Positions 19,988 to 29,415 of a stretch of DNA of 64,000 bases are shown piece by piece. The notes beneath the pieces are model-generated. The model was not told the DNA's origin, did no database searches, and saw nothing but the letters and a program-made list of their open reading frames with translations. The stretch is from contig CAXXHO010000005.1 of the NCBI GenBank assembly GCA_963667725.2, positions 608,001 to 672,000 of the forward strand, in the 5' to 3' direction. Every line of letters starts with the position of its first letter. The first letter of the stretch is position 1. Position numbers and translations under genes: made by a program. The DNA is from Treponemataceae bacterium. Its GTDB lineage: Bacteria; Spirochaetota; Spirochaetia; Treponematales; Rectinemataceae.

Positions 19988-19999
19988 CGGCGAAATCTT

Positions 20000-21040
20000 A
20001 TGAGTGTAAATTCCTATGCCACCGCGAAAAAGCGGAACATTTCCTCCCGTTCGAGCATTCTCGATGCGCTCGCGTTAGGTCGATGCGTATCCATCGAGGT
20101 GGTCCCGCCGCCCCGCGGAGGCGATCTGGAATCGATCATGGCGGCCGTGGAGACCATCGCGCCGCACGATCCCTCCTTCATTTCGGTGACAGACCACCCG
20201 GGCGGGAAGGCCTGGGCCGATTCGACGGATGGGCCGCGGCGGGTAGCCTTGCGGACGAAGCCGGGCACCTTGGGAACTGCCGTGGCGCTGCGGGACGCCT
20301 TCGGTCTGACGACCGTGCCCCACATCGTCGGGGGGATGGCCGACAGGCTCGACGTCGAGGACCTTCTCATAGACCTCCACTACGCCAACTTCCGCGATCT
20401 TTTCGTCGTGATGGGCGACGATCGCTTCACTCCGGCAGGCCAGGCTTCCATACGGAATTCCCCCGCGGGCGGAGGCTCAGGCGAAGAGGGCTACGCCCAC
20501 GCCTCGGACCTCGTGGCGCACATTTCCAGGCTGAACTCGGGCGAATACACGCCGCCGGCAGAGGGCAAGCCCACTGCTTTCACCATGGGCGTCGCCGCCT
20601 ATCCCCAGAAACATTTCGCCGCCCCGAACCTCGAGGCCGATATCGAGCACCTGGCGGAAAAGATAACCGCGGGCGCTAGTTTCGCCATCACGCAGATGGT
20701 CTTCGAGGCAAAGCCTTACATCGAGCTCGTGCGGCGCCTCCGCGAAAGGGGCATCGACGCGCCCGTCCTGCCCGGCATAAAGCCGCTTTTCAAGGCTTCG
20801 AGCCTGGACATGATCCCGCGCACCTTCTTCGTCGACCTCCCGCGGGGATTGGTGAGCGCACTCAGGGAGGCCAGAAGTCCCGAGGAGGAAAAGGCCGCGG
20901 GCATAGCCTGGACGGTAAGACTCTGCCGGGAACTTCTCGACGCCGGGGCTCCCGGCCTGCACTTTTTCACGATGGGGCGCGGCGCCGGAACGCGGTGGAT
21001 ACTCGACGCCCTTTTCGGGCCGAAAGGCGGCGCGTCGTGA
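20000..21040 (+). CDS. metF: methylenetetrahydrofolate reductase
   Basis: SIEVVPP, FISVT, PH, GD, GVAAYP, AITQMVF and GLHFFT. Confidence 0.88.
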   Translation: MSVNSYATAKKRNISSRSSILDALALGRCVSIEVVPPPRGGDLESIMAAVETIAPHDPSFISVTDHPGGKAWADSTDGPRRVALRTKPGTLGTAVALRDAFGLTTVPHIVGGMADRLDVEDLLIDLHYANFRDLFVVMGDDRFTPAGQASIRNSPAGGGSGEEGYAHASDLVAHISRLNSGEYTPPAEGKPTAFTMGVAAYPQKHFAAPNLEADIEHLAEKITAGASFAITQMVFEAKPYIELVRRLRERGIDAPVLPGIKPLFKASSLDMIPRTFFVDLPRGLVSALREARSPEEEKAAGIAWTVRLCRELLDAGAPGLHFFTMGRGAGTRWILDALFGPKGGAS

Positions 21041-24000
21041 GCGGCGCCGTAGCCGGCGGCGCCGTAGCCGGCGGCGCCGCTCACGACGCGCGCCTCAGGT
21101 CGATGTTCGGCGACAGGTTAACCCTGGCCGACGGTTCGACGGGCACTGCCCTCGAGTCCCTCGCGCCCGAAGTCGCCGCGGGAGGGCGCCTGGCCCTCGT
21201 TCCCCTGGAGCGCCCCGAGATTCTGGAAGCGCTGCACAAGGCATATTTCGACGCGGGTTCGGACCTTGTCGAGACGGCCACTTTCTCGGCCAGCGCGCGC
21301 GACCTCAAGCCTTACGCCGAGGGTTGGGCTGGCGGCGCTGAAGGCTGGCATAGCGGCGCGGAGGCGCTTTCATACGCCGTGAATATGGCGGCTGCCGGCC
21401 TCGCGGCGAAGGCCGCGCGAAACGCGGGTACGGGGTGGCGACGCCGCCTCGTGGCGGGGTCTATGGGACCGGGCGACGCGCCGCCTTCCCTGGGCTCATC
21501 CACCTACGCCGAGCTTCTCGCCTCCTATCTCCCCCAGGCACGCGGCCTCGCGGACGGAGGCGCCGATCTGGCCATCATCGAGACTTGCCAGGACCCGCTC
21601 CAGATCAAGGCGGCCATCGCGGCGCTCCGAAACCCAAAAGGCGGACACGGGCTTCCCTTCATCGTCTCCGCCACCGTGGACGGGCGGGGAAGGATGCTGG
21701 CCGGGACCGACATCGCCGCCTTCGTCGCCATCGTCTCGCCCTTCGCGCCGCTCGCCCTAGGCCTCAACTGCTCGGGCGGTCCCGACGAACTCGAAAGTCC
21801 CCTCGAGGAGCTCACGGCCCTCTCCCCCTTCCCTGTCTGCTTCATGCCCAACGCCGGCCTGCCCTGCTCGGTGAACGGCTGCACCTCCTACCCCTTCGGT
21901 CCCGAAATTTTCGCGCAAAAAGTCGAGGTCCTTGCCAGGCGCTTCGGGCTTGCCATCGTCGGCGGCTGCTGCGGCACAAGCCCGGCCCATATAGCGGCAC
22001 TCCACGCTCGCCTCGGCGACAGGCCGCGGGCTTCGGCGAGACCGGCTCCAATACCGGCGCTCTCCTCGCTCTACAGGGCGCGGGGCATCGGTCCCGGTCT
22101 CTTCAAGATCGGCGAAAGGGCCAATTCCGCCGGCTCGGCGGCTTTCGCCGCCCTTCTGGACGCCGAGAACTTCGAGGGCATGGCGGACAAGGCCCTGGCG
22201 CAGGAGGCGAGCGGCGCCGCGGCCATCGATCTCCATCTCTCCCGTCCGGGAAGGGACGAGGCAGCCGACCTGGAGCGTCTCGTCTCGCTCATCGCCCCGA
22301 GGGCACAGTCAGCGCTTTGTCTCGATTCAGGCGATCCCGAGGTTCTGGCGCGAGCCTTGCCTTTCGTCGGCGGCCGCCCCTTGCTCAACTCGACGAGCCT
22401 CGAGGACCCCGAGCGGGCCCGGCGCGTCTTCGCCCTGGCCGCGGAGTTCGGCGGCGCCGTCGTCTGTCTGGCCATGGACAGCGCCGGGCCCGCGCGCTCC
22501 GTCGCCGAAAAGACGCGCATTTGCCGCTCCCTCTACGACATTGCCACGACGGAGTTCGGCCTTCAGTCGCAGGCCCTGCTCTTCGACCCGCTCACCTTCA
22601 CGATCGCGGCCGGAGGCGACGCGGCGACCACCATCGAGGCGATCGGCGCGATAAAGGAGGCCTGTCCGGGATCGCTCACTGTCCTCGGGGTGGGCAACGT
22701 GTCCTACGGGCTGCCCAAGGCCGCGCGCTCGGCGGTGACTTCCCTTTTCGTGGAAGCGGCCGTCCGCGCCGGCCTCGACGCGGCCATCTTGGACACAGGC
22801 GGCATCCCGGCGCCCGAATCCATCGACCCCGAACTGCGCGCCGCCGCCCTTCGCGCCCTCGGTTTCGAGGACTCCAGCGTCGCGGGTTCAACACCCGGCG
22901 TAAACGCGGCATCCAGCGCAAGCGCGTCGGGAGACAGGTTGGACGATCTCCTGGCCTGGGCCGCGAACAGGAGAAAGGACGCAAACGGGAGCGCCCAAAG
23001 ACCTCCGGCCGCCGGCGCGTCGGGATCGACTGCGCCGACGGAGCTGCCCGCGTCGGCGGCGCCCGAGCTTGCGCAGGATCCCGCAATCGCGCTCGCCGCC
23101 GCCCTGTCGCGGGGCGACGCGACGCGTGCGGAAATGGAGGGAAAGCGGCTAGCCGAATCGGAAGGCGCGGCTCGCCTCGCGTCCGCCGTGACGGCTTCCA
23201 TGGCCGAATCGGGCAGGCTCTGGAACGAAGGCCTTCTCTCCCTTCCTCTCGTCCTCCGCTCGGCTGAAGCGGCGCGCCGCGCGCTTTCCGCCATAGCCGC
23301 GGCATCGGCCTCGACCAGCAAGGGCACGGTCGTCATGGCGACCGTCAAGGGCGATCTCCACGACATCGGCAAGAACATAGTTTCGGCCATCCTAGGCTGC
23401 TCGGGCTGGCGCGTCATCGACCTGGGCACGAACGTGCCGGCTTCGGCCATCGTGGAAGCGGTCTTCGGCAATGGCGCCGTGGCCGTCGGCCTTTCGGGCC
23501 TGCTCACCCGCTCCCTCTCGGAAATGAAGGCCAGCTGCGAGGCGCTCCAGAGCGCCGGCTCCCTGAGCCTCGTCCTCTGCGGAGGCGCTGCCGTCGATCC
23601 CTCCTTCGTGTCCCGCGAAGTCGAACCCAAGCATCCCGGCCTTGTGCTCGCATGTGCCGACGCCTTCGCCGCGGCGAAAGCCCTGGATGAATTCGTGGAC
23701 TCGAAAAAAGCGACCAAAACCGCACCGAGCTCAAGAGCCGAGAAAACCGACGACGAGCGGAAAAATCCCGTCTCAAGCCCGCGCGAAAGCGCCCCCATCG
23801 CGCCCAAGACCAGCCCTGCGTTCGAGCTACCCTTCCAAGGCGCCTCGGGCGCGATCCCTATCCCCTTCGACGAAATTCTCTCCCGCCTGGAACGCAAGGT
23901 GCTCTTCTTTTCCCGTTGGGGCTACCGCCGCGAAGAGTACGCCGAGGCAGAACGCGAGCTTGAACGCCTTCTCCCCGCGGCCGGGAATCTCGCGGAACCG

Positions 24001-24528
24001 AAAGCCATCTACGGTTATTTTTATTGCCGACACGATGGCGAAACCAGTCTCGCCGTCCAGACCACCAGCCAGGATACACCCTGGGTGCTGCCCTTTCCCG
24101 CCGAGCGCGGCGGACAGGGCAGGTCCCTGGCTTCCTATTTCTCGCCCGAGAAAGACGCGATCGCCTTCTTCGCCGCGACAGCCGGACCTGGAATAGCCCG
24201 CGCGGCCCGCACGCTGAAAGAGGAAGGAAGGTTAGAGGAGTATTGGCGTCTTCACGGCCTCGGTTCGGCCATCGCGGAGGCGGCCGCGCAGTGGGTCCAC
24301 GACAGGATAGCGGCTGAAATAGCCGCGGCTGGCGCGCCTACGAAGGGAAAGCGCTATTCTTTCGGTTTTCCCGCCTGTCCCGGTACCGAGTACCAGGACG
24401 CCCTCCTTGATATTCTCGACGCCTCTCGCATCGGCCTTCGCGCCACCGAGGGCCATCAACTCGATCCCGAGCACTCGGTCACGGCCTTTGTCATAGCCCG
24501 CCCCGACGCGGTCTATTTCGACGCTTGA
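21037..24528 (+). CDS. metH: cobalamin-dependent methionine synthase
   Basis: Homocysteine domain (DGSTGT, GLNCS, GGCCG), pterin domain (IGERAN, DP, GNVSYGLP), B12 motif GDLHDIGKN and activation domain RYSFGFPACP. The GTG start overlaps the metF stop. Confidence 0.9.
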   Translation: MSGAVAGGAVAGGAAHDARLRSMFGDRLTLADGSTGTALESLAPEVAAGGRLALVPLERPEILEALHKAYFDAGSDLVETATFSASARDLKPYAEGWAGGAEGWHSGAEALSYAVNMAAAGLAAKAARNAGTGWRRRLVAGSMGPGDAPPSLGSSTYAELLASYLPQARGLADGGADLAIIETCQDPLQIKAAIAALRNPKGGHGLPFIVSATVDGRGRMLAGTDIAAFVAIVSPFAPLALGLNCSGGPDELESPLEELTALSPFPVCFMPNAGLPCSVNGCTSYPFGPEIFAQKVEVLARRFGLAIVGGCCGTSPAHIAALHARLGDRPRASARPAPIPALSSLYRARGIGPGLFKIGERANSAGSAAFAALLDAENFEGMADKALAQEASGAAAIDLHLSRPGRDEAADLERLVSLIAPRAQSALCLDSGDPEVLARALPFVGGRPLLNSTSLEDPERARRVFALAAEFGGAVVCLAMDSAGPARSVAEKTRICRSLYDIATTEFGLQSQALLFDPLTFTIAAGGDAATTIEAIGAIKEACPGSLTVLGVGNVSYGLPKAARSAVTSLFVEAAVRAGLDAAILDTGGIPAPESIDPELRAAALRALGFEDSSVAGSTPGVNAASSASASGDRLDDLLAWAANRRKDANGSAQRPPAAGASGSTAPTELPASAAPELAQDPAIALAAALSRGDATRAEMEGKRLAESEGAARLASAVTASMAESGRLWNEGLLSLPLVLRSAEAARRALSAIAAASASTSKGTVVMATVKGDLHDIGKNIVSAILGCSGWRVIDLGTNVPASAIVEAVFGNGAVAVGLSGLLTRSLSEMKASCEALQSAGSLSLVLCGGAAVDPSFVSREVEPKHPGLVLACADAFAAAKALDEFVDSKKATKTAPSSRAEKTDDERKNPVSSPRESAPIAPKTSPAFELPFQGASGAIPIPFDEILSRLERKVLFFSRWGYRREEYAEAERELERLLPAAGNLAEPKAIYGYFYCRHDGETSLAVQTTSQDTPWVLPFPAERGGQGRSLASYFSPEKDAIAFFAATAGPGIARAARTLKEEGRLEEYWRLHGLGSAIAEAAAQWVHDRIAAEIAAAGAPTKGKRYSFGFPACPGTEYQDALLDILDASRIGLRATEGHQLDPEHSVTAFVIARPDAVYFDA
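21041..21079 (+). repeat. 15-bp tandem repeat (about 2.6 copies) at the start of metH
   Basis: GCGGCGCCGTAGCCG twice, then GCGGCGCCG. In frame, encoding GAVAG repeats. Confidence 0.75.
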
Positions 24529-24603
24529 TCGCGAGATAAAAAAGGAAGGTTTAGCGAGGAATTGCCGCAGTAAGCGGCGCCAGTCCAAAGCAGTTAACAG
24601 TAG

Positions 24604-24909
24604 TCAGCAGCAGGAACTCGTCGAATCGCAGCATGAACCGCCGCCGCAGTCGGGCGCCGTTCCGCGCAGCTTCCCGATGATGATGGCTCCCGCGCAGCCG
24701 ACACCGGCCTTCACCACCAGGGCACCCACCGGGCAATTGCGCGCGCAGGCTCCGCACTCCATGCAGGTCTCGCGCGACGCGATCAGGGCTTTCCCCAATT
24801 CGATCCGGAATACCGTGTGCGGGCACACATCCACGCAAGCTCCGCAGCCGATGCAGGTTTCGCCGTCCAGGCTGAGCGTTTCGCCGTTTTTCATATAGGT
24901 CAGGGTCAT
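24604..24909 (-). CDS. hgcB: mercury methylation ferredoxin HgcB
   Basis: CIGCGACVDVCP and CMECGACARNCP 2x[4Fe-4S] motifs, GVGCA and a C-terminal CC...CC. AGGAG RBS, 8 nt downstream of hgcA. Confidence 0.92.
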   Translation of the reverse strand: MTLTYMKNGETLSLDGETCIGCGACVDVCPHTVFRIELGKALIASRETCMECGACARNCPVGALVVKAGVGCAGAIIIGKLRGTAPDCGGGSCCDSTSSCC

Positions 24910-24917
24910 TTTTTCTC

Positions 24918-25997
24918 CTACAAACCGAAGAGCCGCGAGGCGCCGGCCGCCACAAGCCCCAGGGCGAGCGACGAGACCATAGGCCAGAAACTCCTGTCCA
25001 CTTCCAGGAGGGCTCCCGGCTGGCAGGTGTAGGTCGAAGCTCCCGTGAAGTTCATGGCGAGAAAAGCGACGACCGGCGTCGCGACAAGGATTCCCCCAAC
25101 CGCGGCCAGAACTGGTATATGGAAGATAAAGGCGCATGACAGGGCCCAGGCCGCCCCCAGCGCGGCGCCCTTTACCACGAAAGCCCTCGATGGAAGCCAG
25201 GGAAGCAGTGCAGGGAAAATCATCGTTCCCATCGGAATGCTGCCGAGAAGGAGGATAGCGGCGGGGATCGCCCGCGCCAGCCAGCCCCGCGCGGGAAGGG
25301 CGAAAACGGCGGCCAGCGCCAAGGCCGCGGGAATTATCGGCCAGGAATGGGCAATTTCCACGGGAGCGACGGCCATGCGATCCCGGAAATTGAAGGTGAC
25401 CTTGCTCATGGCGGCGCTCTTGACGCGGCCAGCGGCCAGCCATGCCTGTATGTCAGCGGCGCGCACCGGGCCCCATTCGACGCGGAAGCCGGATTTCTTC
25501 AGCACTTCGGGAGCCGAGACGCCCGGCGCCCCGAGCTGTGGCAGTATGAGGCCGCGATGCGAGACGAGATCGGCCAACTTCACTTTTGCGATCCGCGACA
25601 CAAGCTCCGCCGTCCCGAAGGATCCTTTGCCGGCCGCGCACCAGAGATTGATGCCCTTGGTGTCGAGGACGAGAATCCAGCCGTCCAGCCCCGCGAGATT
25701 CGAGCGAAGCGCGTCGAAACTCAGTTTATAGTTGGCGCTGACGAACACAGGCGAATCTTTGGTCGGATTGCCCACGGCGTAGATGCCCGGCAGAACGCTG
25801 TAGCGCATCCGGCCGACGCCCCATCGCGCCTTGAGCCCGCCCAGCCTGTCGCCTTTGTCCAGGCTCGTCGCCGCGACCGGTATCGTCCTGTCGCCATACA
25901 CCATAAAGCGCTTCACCCAAGACTTCTTGAGCCCTTCCAGGACGACGAATCCCGCCTGGGCCTCGGCCTTCGCGTCGCGTTTCAGAAGCAGGCTCAT
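24918..25997 (-). CDS. hgcA: mercury methylation corrinoid protein HgcA
   Basis: PV.VSANYKLSFD, cap helix GINLWCAAGKGSF, LPQLGAPG, WGPVRA, C-terminal TM helices and MNFTGASTYT. Followed by hgcB. Confidence 0.92.
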   Translation of the reverse strand: MSLLLKRDAKAEAQAGFVVLEGLKKSWVKRFMVYGDRTIPVAATSLDKGDRLGGLKARWGVGRMRYSVLPGIYAVGNPTKDSPVFVSANYKLSFDALRSNLAGLDGWILVLDTKGINLWCAAGKGSFGTAELVSRIAKVKLADLVSHRGLILPQLGAPGVSAPEVLKKSGFRVEWGPVRAADIQAWLAAGRVKSAAMSKVTFNFRDRMAVAPVEIAHSWPIIPAALALAAVFALPARGWLARAIPAAILLLGSIPMGTMIFPALLPWLPSRAFVVKGAALGAAWALSCAFIFHIPVLAAVGGILVATPVVAFLAMNFTGASTYTCQPGALLEVDRSFWPMVSSLALGLVAAGASRLFGL

Positions 25998-26497
25998 CGT
26001 TCGGTCGCCCCGGATTCCCGGCAGCAGCCACCCGATCCGTTCAAAGCGCCCGATCCCTCCAAGAGCCGCCAGGCTCGCATGGTCTTGGCGAACAAAGGGA
26101 GCGCGGCCATAAGCATATTTTTTTCGCCCGCAGGAAGCGACGCGAGGAGTCCATCATAATAGCGGTCGCAGAGATTATTGATAGAATCGGCCTTCTCCCG
26201 CCCTAAAACGGTGAGGCGGACAAGCTGGCGCCTGCGGTTGTCGGGATCTTCCCTTCTCTCCAGAATTCCCGCCCTGACAAGACCGTCAACCGTGCGGGAA
26301 AGCGTTGAGGAATCGAGCTCGAGGACGGCGGCCAGGGCCCCGACGCTGGCCTCCCCCGCCTCTTCCACCGCGAGCAGCAGGTGGCACTGCGCCGGCGTCA
26401 CGCCGCAGCATTCGGTCTGGGCGACGAGGGCAAGCTCCACCTGGCGCTCAAGCGCCCTGAGTCCTTTGCGAAAACTGCGGATTGAAGAATCGGCCAT
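25994..26497 (-). CDS. MarR-family regulator with several cysteines
   Basis: wHTH LELDSSTLSRTVDGLV...DPDNRR...LT..G. Cys motifs ECC, QCH, LC and GCC. Overlaps hgcA by 4 nt. Confidence 0.88.
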   Translation of the reverse strand: MADSSIRSFRKGLRALERQVELALVAQTECCGVTPAQCHLLLAVEEAGEASVGALAAVLELDSSTLSRTVDGLVRAGILERREDPDNRRRQLVRLTVLGREKADSINNLCDRYYDGLLASLPAGEKNMLMAALPLFAKTMRAWRLLEGSGALNGSGGCCRESGATER

Positions 26498-26532
26498 ATA
26501 TGCTCCGTCGCCTTTATCAAGGCGGCGCGATA

Positions 26533-26562
26533 ACTATGAATGTATATTACATCAATTGTCAA
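26533..26562 (-). promoter_or_regulatory. promoter of marR-hgcA-hgcB with a candidate MarR operator
   Basis: Minus-strand TTGACA-18-CATAGT. The spacer contains the dyad ATGTA-N3-TACAT (26540-26552). Confidence 0.55.
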
Positions 26563-26628
26563 TACCATATATTTTGTACTGCACACATCAAGACAATTCC
26601 GTCTGCGCCATGCCCGCGCTATCGAAGC

Positions 26629-26659
26629 TTGACAGCGTAATACCACATTGTGGTATATT
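26629..26659 (+). promoter_or_regulatory. cysK promoter with the operator dyad TACCAC-N3-GTGGTA
   Basis: TTGACA (26629), ATACCAC-ATT-GTGGTAT (26640-26656) and extended -10 TGgTATATT. Confidence 0.6.
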
Positions 26660-26666
26660 ATTGATA

Positions 26667-26759
26667 ATGAAGGTAAACACCGACCACTATATACCGGAGG
26701 TAGCGGAGGGGCGTCAGTCCCTCCATGCGTGTCTCCTATCCCGCGCCCTCCCCGCCTGA
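26667..26759 (+). CDS. putative leaderless 30-aa uORF upstream of cysK
   Basis: The ATG is 7 nt after the -10. It reads [30 protein letters not shown]. Confidence 0.35.
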   Translation: MKVNTDHYIPEVAEGRQSLHACLLSRALPA

Positions 26760-26892
26760 AATGACGGCGCCGTCGAGGCGCGACCCCAGATCATCAGAAG
26801 CTCATTTTCATAATCGCCCGGACTACATCATCCGAACTACATCATCCGAACACGACACCGCGCATAAAAAGCAGGCGCGAAAGGAACATGAA

Positions 26893-27855
26893 ATGTCATA
26901 CGCGAAAAGCATAACCGACCTCATAGGAAACACGCCCCTCGTCCAAATAAAGGCACCCGACGCAGCGCCAAGGGCAAAGCCCTTGGCGATCGTCCTCGCC
27001 AAGCTCGAGTCCTTCAATCCCTTCTCGAGCATCAAAGACCGCATAGGCCTGGCCATGATCGAGGACGCCGAACACCGCGGCGCGCTCAAGAAGGGAAACA
27101 TCATCGTCGAACCCACCTCGGGCAACACCGGCGTGGCCCTCGCCGCCGTGGCGGCGGCCAAGGGCTACCGCATCATCCTCACGATGCCCGACACCATGAG
27201 CGTCGAGCGGCGCAAGCTTCTCGCGGCCTACGGGGCCGAGCTCGTCCTCACCGAGGGAGCCAAGGGCATGAAGGGCGCCATAGCGAAGGCGAAGGAAATC
27301 GCCGAATCCACCCCGGGCAGCTTCATACCCAGCCAATTCGACAACCCGGCCAACCCGAAGATACACCGCGAAACGACGGCCGAGGAGATCTGGCGCGACA
27401 CCGAGGGGAAGGTGGACATCGTGGTGGCTGGCGTGGGCACGGGCGGGACGATCACCGGCGTCGCCTCGGCGCTCAAGCCGCGAAAACCGGGGTTCGAGGC
27501 CATCGCCGTGGAGCCGGCCGCCTCACCCGTCCTCTCGGGCGGCCAACCCGGCCCCCACAAAATTCAGGGCATAGGCGCAGGCTTTATCCCCGGAGTCTAC
27601 GACCCGAAGCTCATCGACGAAATCATACAGGTGAAACACGAGGACGCCGGCTTGGTCGCGCGCGACCTGGCTAGGCATGAGGGAATCTTCGCGGGAATTT
27701 CGTCCGGAGCGGCGCTCTGGGCAGCCCTGCGGGTAGCGGCGCGCCCGGAAAACGCGGGCAAGGTCATCGTCGTCATCTTCCCCGATACGGGCGAGCGCTA
27801 CCTCTCCACCTGGCTCTTCGAGGAACCGGCGCCCGCAGACGTGAACGTAAAATAA
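26893..27855 (+). CDS. cysK: cysteine synthase A
   Basis: IGNTPLV, SIKDR (PLP lysine), [22 protein letters not shown] and DTGERYLST. Confidence 0.95.
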   Translation: MSYAKSITDLIGNTPLVQIKAPDAAPRAKPLAIVLAKLESFNPFSSIKDRIGLAMIEDAEHRGALKKGNIIVEPTSGNTGVALAAVAAAKGYRIILTMPDTMSVERRKLLAAYGAELVLTEGAKGMKGAIAKAKEIAESTPGSFIPSQFDNPANPKIHRETTAEEIWRDTEGKVDIVVAGVGTGGTITGVASALKPRKPGFEAIAVEPAASPVLSGGQPGPHKIQGIGAGFIPGVYDPKLIDEIIQVKHEDAGLVARDLARHEGIFAGISSGAALWAALRVAARPENAGKVIVVIFPDTGERYLSTWLFEEPAPADVNVK

Positions 27856-27871
27856 CAATCGACCTATAAAG

Positions 27872-27901
27872 AAAGGAAAGCATGGCTTCATGCTTTCCTT
27901 T
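27872..27901. terminator. bidirectional intrinsic terminator
   Basis: AAAGGAAAGCATG-GCTT-CATGCTTTCCTTT between the convergent cysK and island genes. Confidence 0.75.
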
Positions 27902-28038
27902 GTGTTTTCCACCACATTGACAAATAATAAATACAAGCTCGCTGTAGCTAAAGTCTGTGGTTTATAACATCAAAACAAACCATTGCGGAGCCTTGAATAA
28001 TCTCATTTGACATGCGCTTTAGCTGACAATAAGCACTG

Positions 28039-29415
28039 CTATAAGCTACATTTACTCAACAAAGAAAGCGCTTGCCCAAAGCTTCCATCCCGCTCCAGAC
28101 CTTTTTTGTAGAGGGCAATCCAGGCATCGACAACGGACGCCGTCAAAACCCCATCCGTTAATGAGCGGAATTTTAATATTAGCGCTTCTTTGGTAGCGGG
28201 AGATTCAGGCCCCCACGGGAGACCGCCTTCAAGCGACTCAACCCCGCCATCAACAAAGCAGACGTCCACGCCTACTCCGAACTTTTGAGGAAATGCCATA
28301 TCCTTCTCGGCATCACTAACAATCCTGATTTTTCGCGACGCGTCCCTCACCTCGTCCGATATCCTAAAAGGAAGCTCAAACTCATTTCGCCCAAGTCTCC
28401 CCGCTACAAGCAAGGCTCCCAATGTATAAGGGATGCTATATTGGGTTTTTACTTTTCGATCAAAAGGGTCGCGGGAATCGTACAGTTTCAAAAACGCCGG
28501 ACCGCGAACCACTACCTCGCTTACGGCCTGGCATGGGTGCCGCGCGAGAACGGCTTCCAGCAGGGAAGCGGGAGCGTGCAACCACCGACAACAAGGATAA
28601 GGCTTAAAGTAACTCTCCATCAGCAGGAAACGTTGTCCCAGATCAGCCAACGCGGTCTCTTTACGCTCCGCGGAAAGCGCTTCACCCCCAAAAATTACCC
28701 CCAACCCGTTTTCTGCCTCAAAGGTATCGGTATCTCCGCATAAGCCCATAGCAGCGAAGTCCATCATCCGAATTCCCAGGAAGTCAGGCCATCCTGAATA
28801 AAAATCCTTCACGGTCGCGCCGCTGACCGCGGTACTGTACGGGCCTACCGGCGCGAGACAAGCGTTTGCCAACCCTCCGGCGATAACCGATGCCGGCAAG
28901 CCCAAGACTTTCCCGACGCCTGCGGCCGCGGCAAACGCGCCCATTGCGCAGGGGAAATGTATTTTCTTCTCCAGCATTCGCGCTGCATATAAACGACTTA
29001 TCCTGGTCCCAACCTCATATGCGCATACTATTCCAAGAACAAGCTGCTTGCCATCGCCATTGCCACGCTCAACCATGGAGAATATCGCTGGGATCGATGC
29101 GCTTCCCCAATGCCCCCCAAGAGACACGCCATCATCAAATTCTAAATGGTAGCCCAGGCACCCATGGGCCATCGCGGCTTCGGCATAGCCAGCTTTTTTG
29201 CCGGTTCCCCAAAGCGTTACATCCCCAGCCGCGTTAAAACGGCTCATTCTATCCAGCAACTCGGGATTTCCATCAACGTTCAACGCACCATAATAACATC
29301 CAACAAGATCGAAGAACGCGTCATTCGCTTTGGATACTACCTGCGGCGGCAACCGCGAAAAGGTAATAGCTGCGGTGAACTCCCCGAGTCGTTCCAGTAA
29401 GGTTAAATCAGACAT
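28039..29415 (-). CDS. MmgE/PrpD-family protein
   Basis: HLEFDDG..GH, AYEVG.R, KPYPCCRWLH and QYSIPY. The start is likely MSDLT at 29415. Confidence 0.88.
   Translation of the reverse strand: MSDLTLLERLGEFTAAITFSRLPPQVVSKANDAFFDLVGCYYGALNVDGNPELLDRMSRFNAAGDVTLWGTGKKAGYAEAAMAHGCLGYHLEFDDGVSLGGHWGSASIPAIFSMVERGNGDGKQLVLGIVCAYEVGTRISRLYAARMLEKKIHFPCAMGAFAAAAGVGKVLGLPASVIAGGLANACLAPVGPYSTAVSGATVKDFYSGWPDFLGIRMMDFAAMGLCGDTDTFEAENGLGVIFGGEALSAERKETALADLGQRFLLMESYFKPYPCCRWLHAPASLLEAVLARHPCQAVSEVVVRGPAFLKLYDSRDPFDRKVKTQYSIPYTLGALLVAGRLGRNEFELPFRISDEVRDASRKIRIVSDAEKDMAFPQKFGVGVDVCFVDGGVESLEGGLPWGPESPATKEALILKFRSLTDGVLTASVVDAWIALYKKGLERDGSFGQALSLLSKCSL

Noticed and set aside
21435..23267. 610-aa alternative-frame ORF inside metH, and similar long shadow ORFs (e.g. 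46975..48456, 49842..51332, 38792..40177)
   Set aside because: These are Arg/Gly/Pro-rich or antisense frames expected in high-GC coding DNA, and they overlap well-supported genes.
24604..25443. 279-aa ORF suggesting a long or fused HgcB
   Set aside because: The upstream part overlaps hgcA in another frame. HgcB has its own AGGAG RBS and ATG at 24909.
25994..26060. Selenocysteine-containing N-terminal extension of HgcA
   Set aside because: There is no Cys-TGA in the hgcA frame just upstream of the ATG. That DNA encodes the MarR C-terminus.
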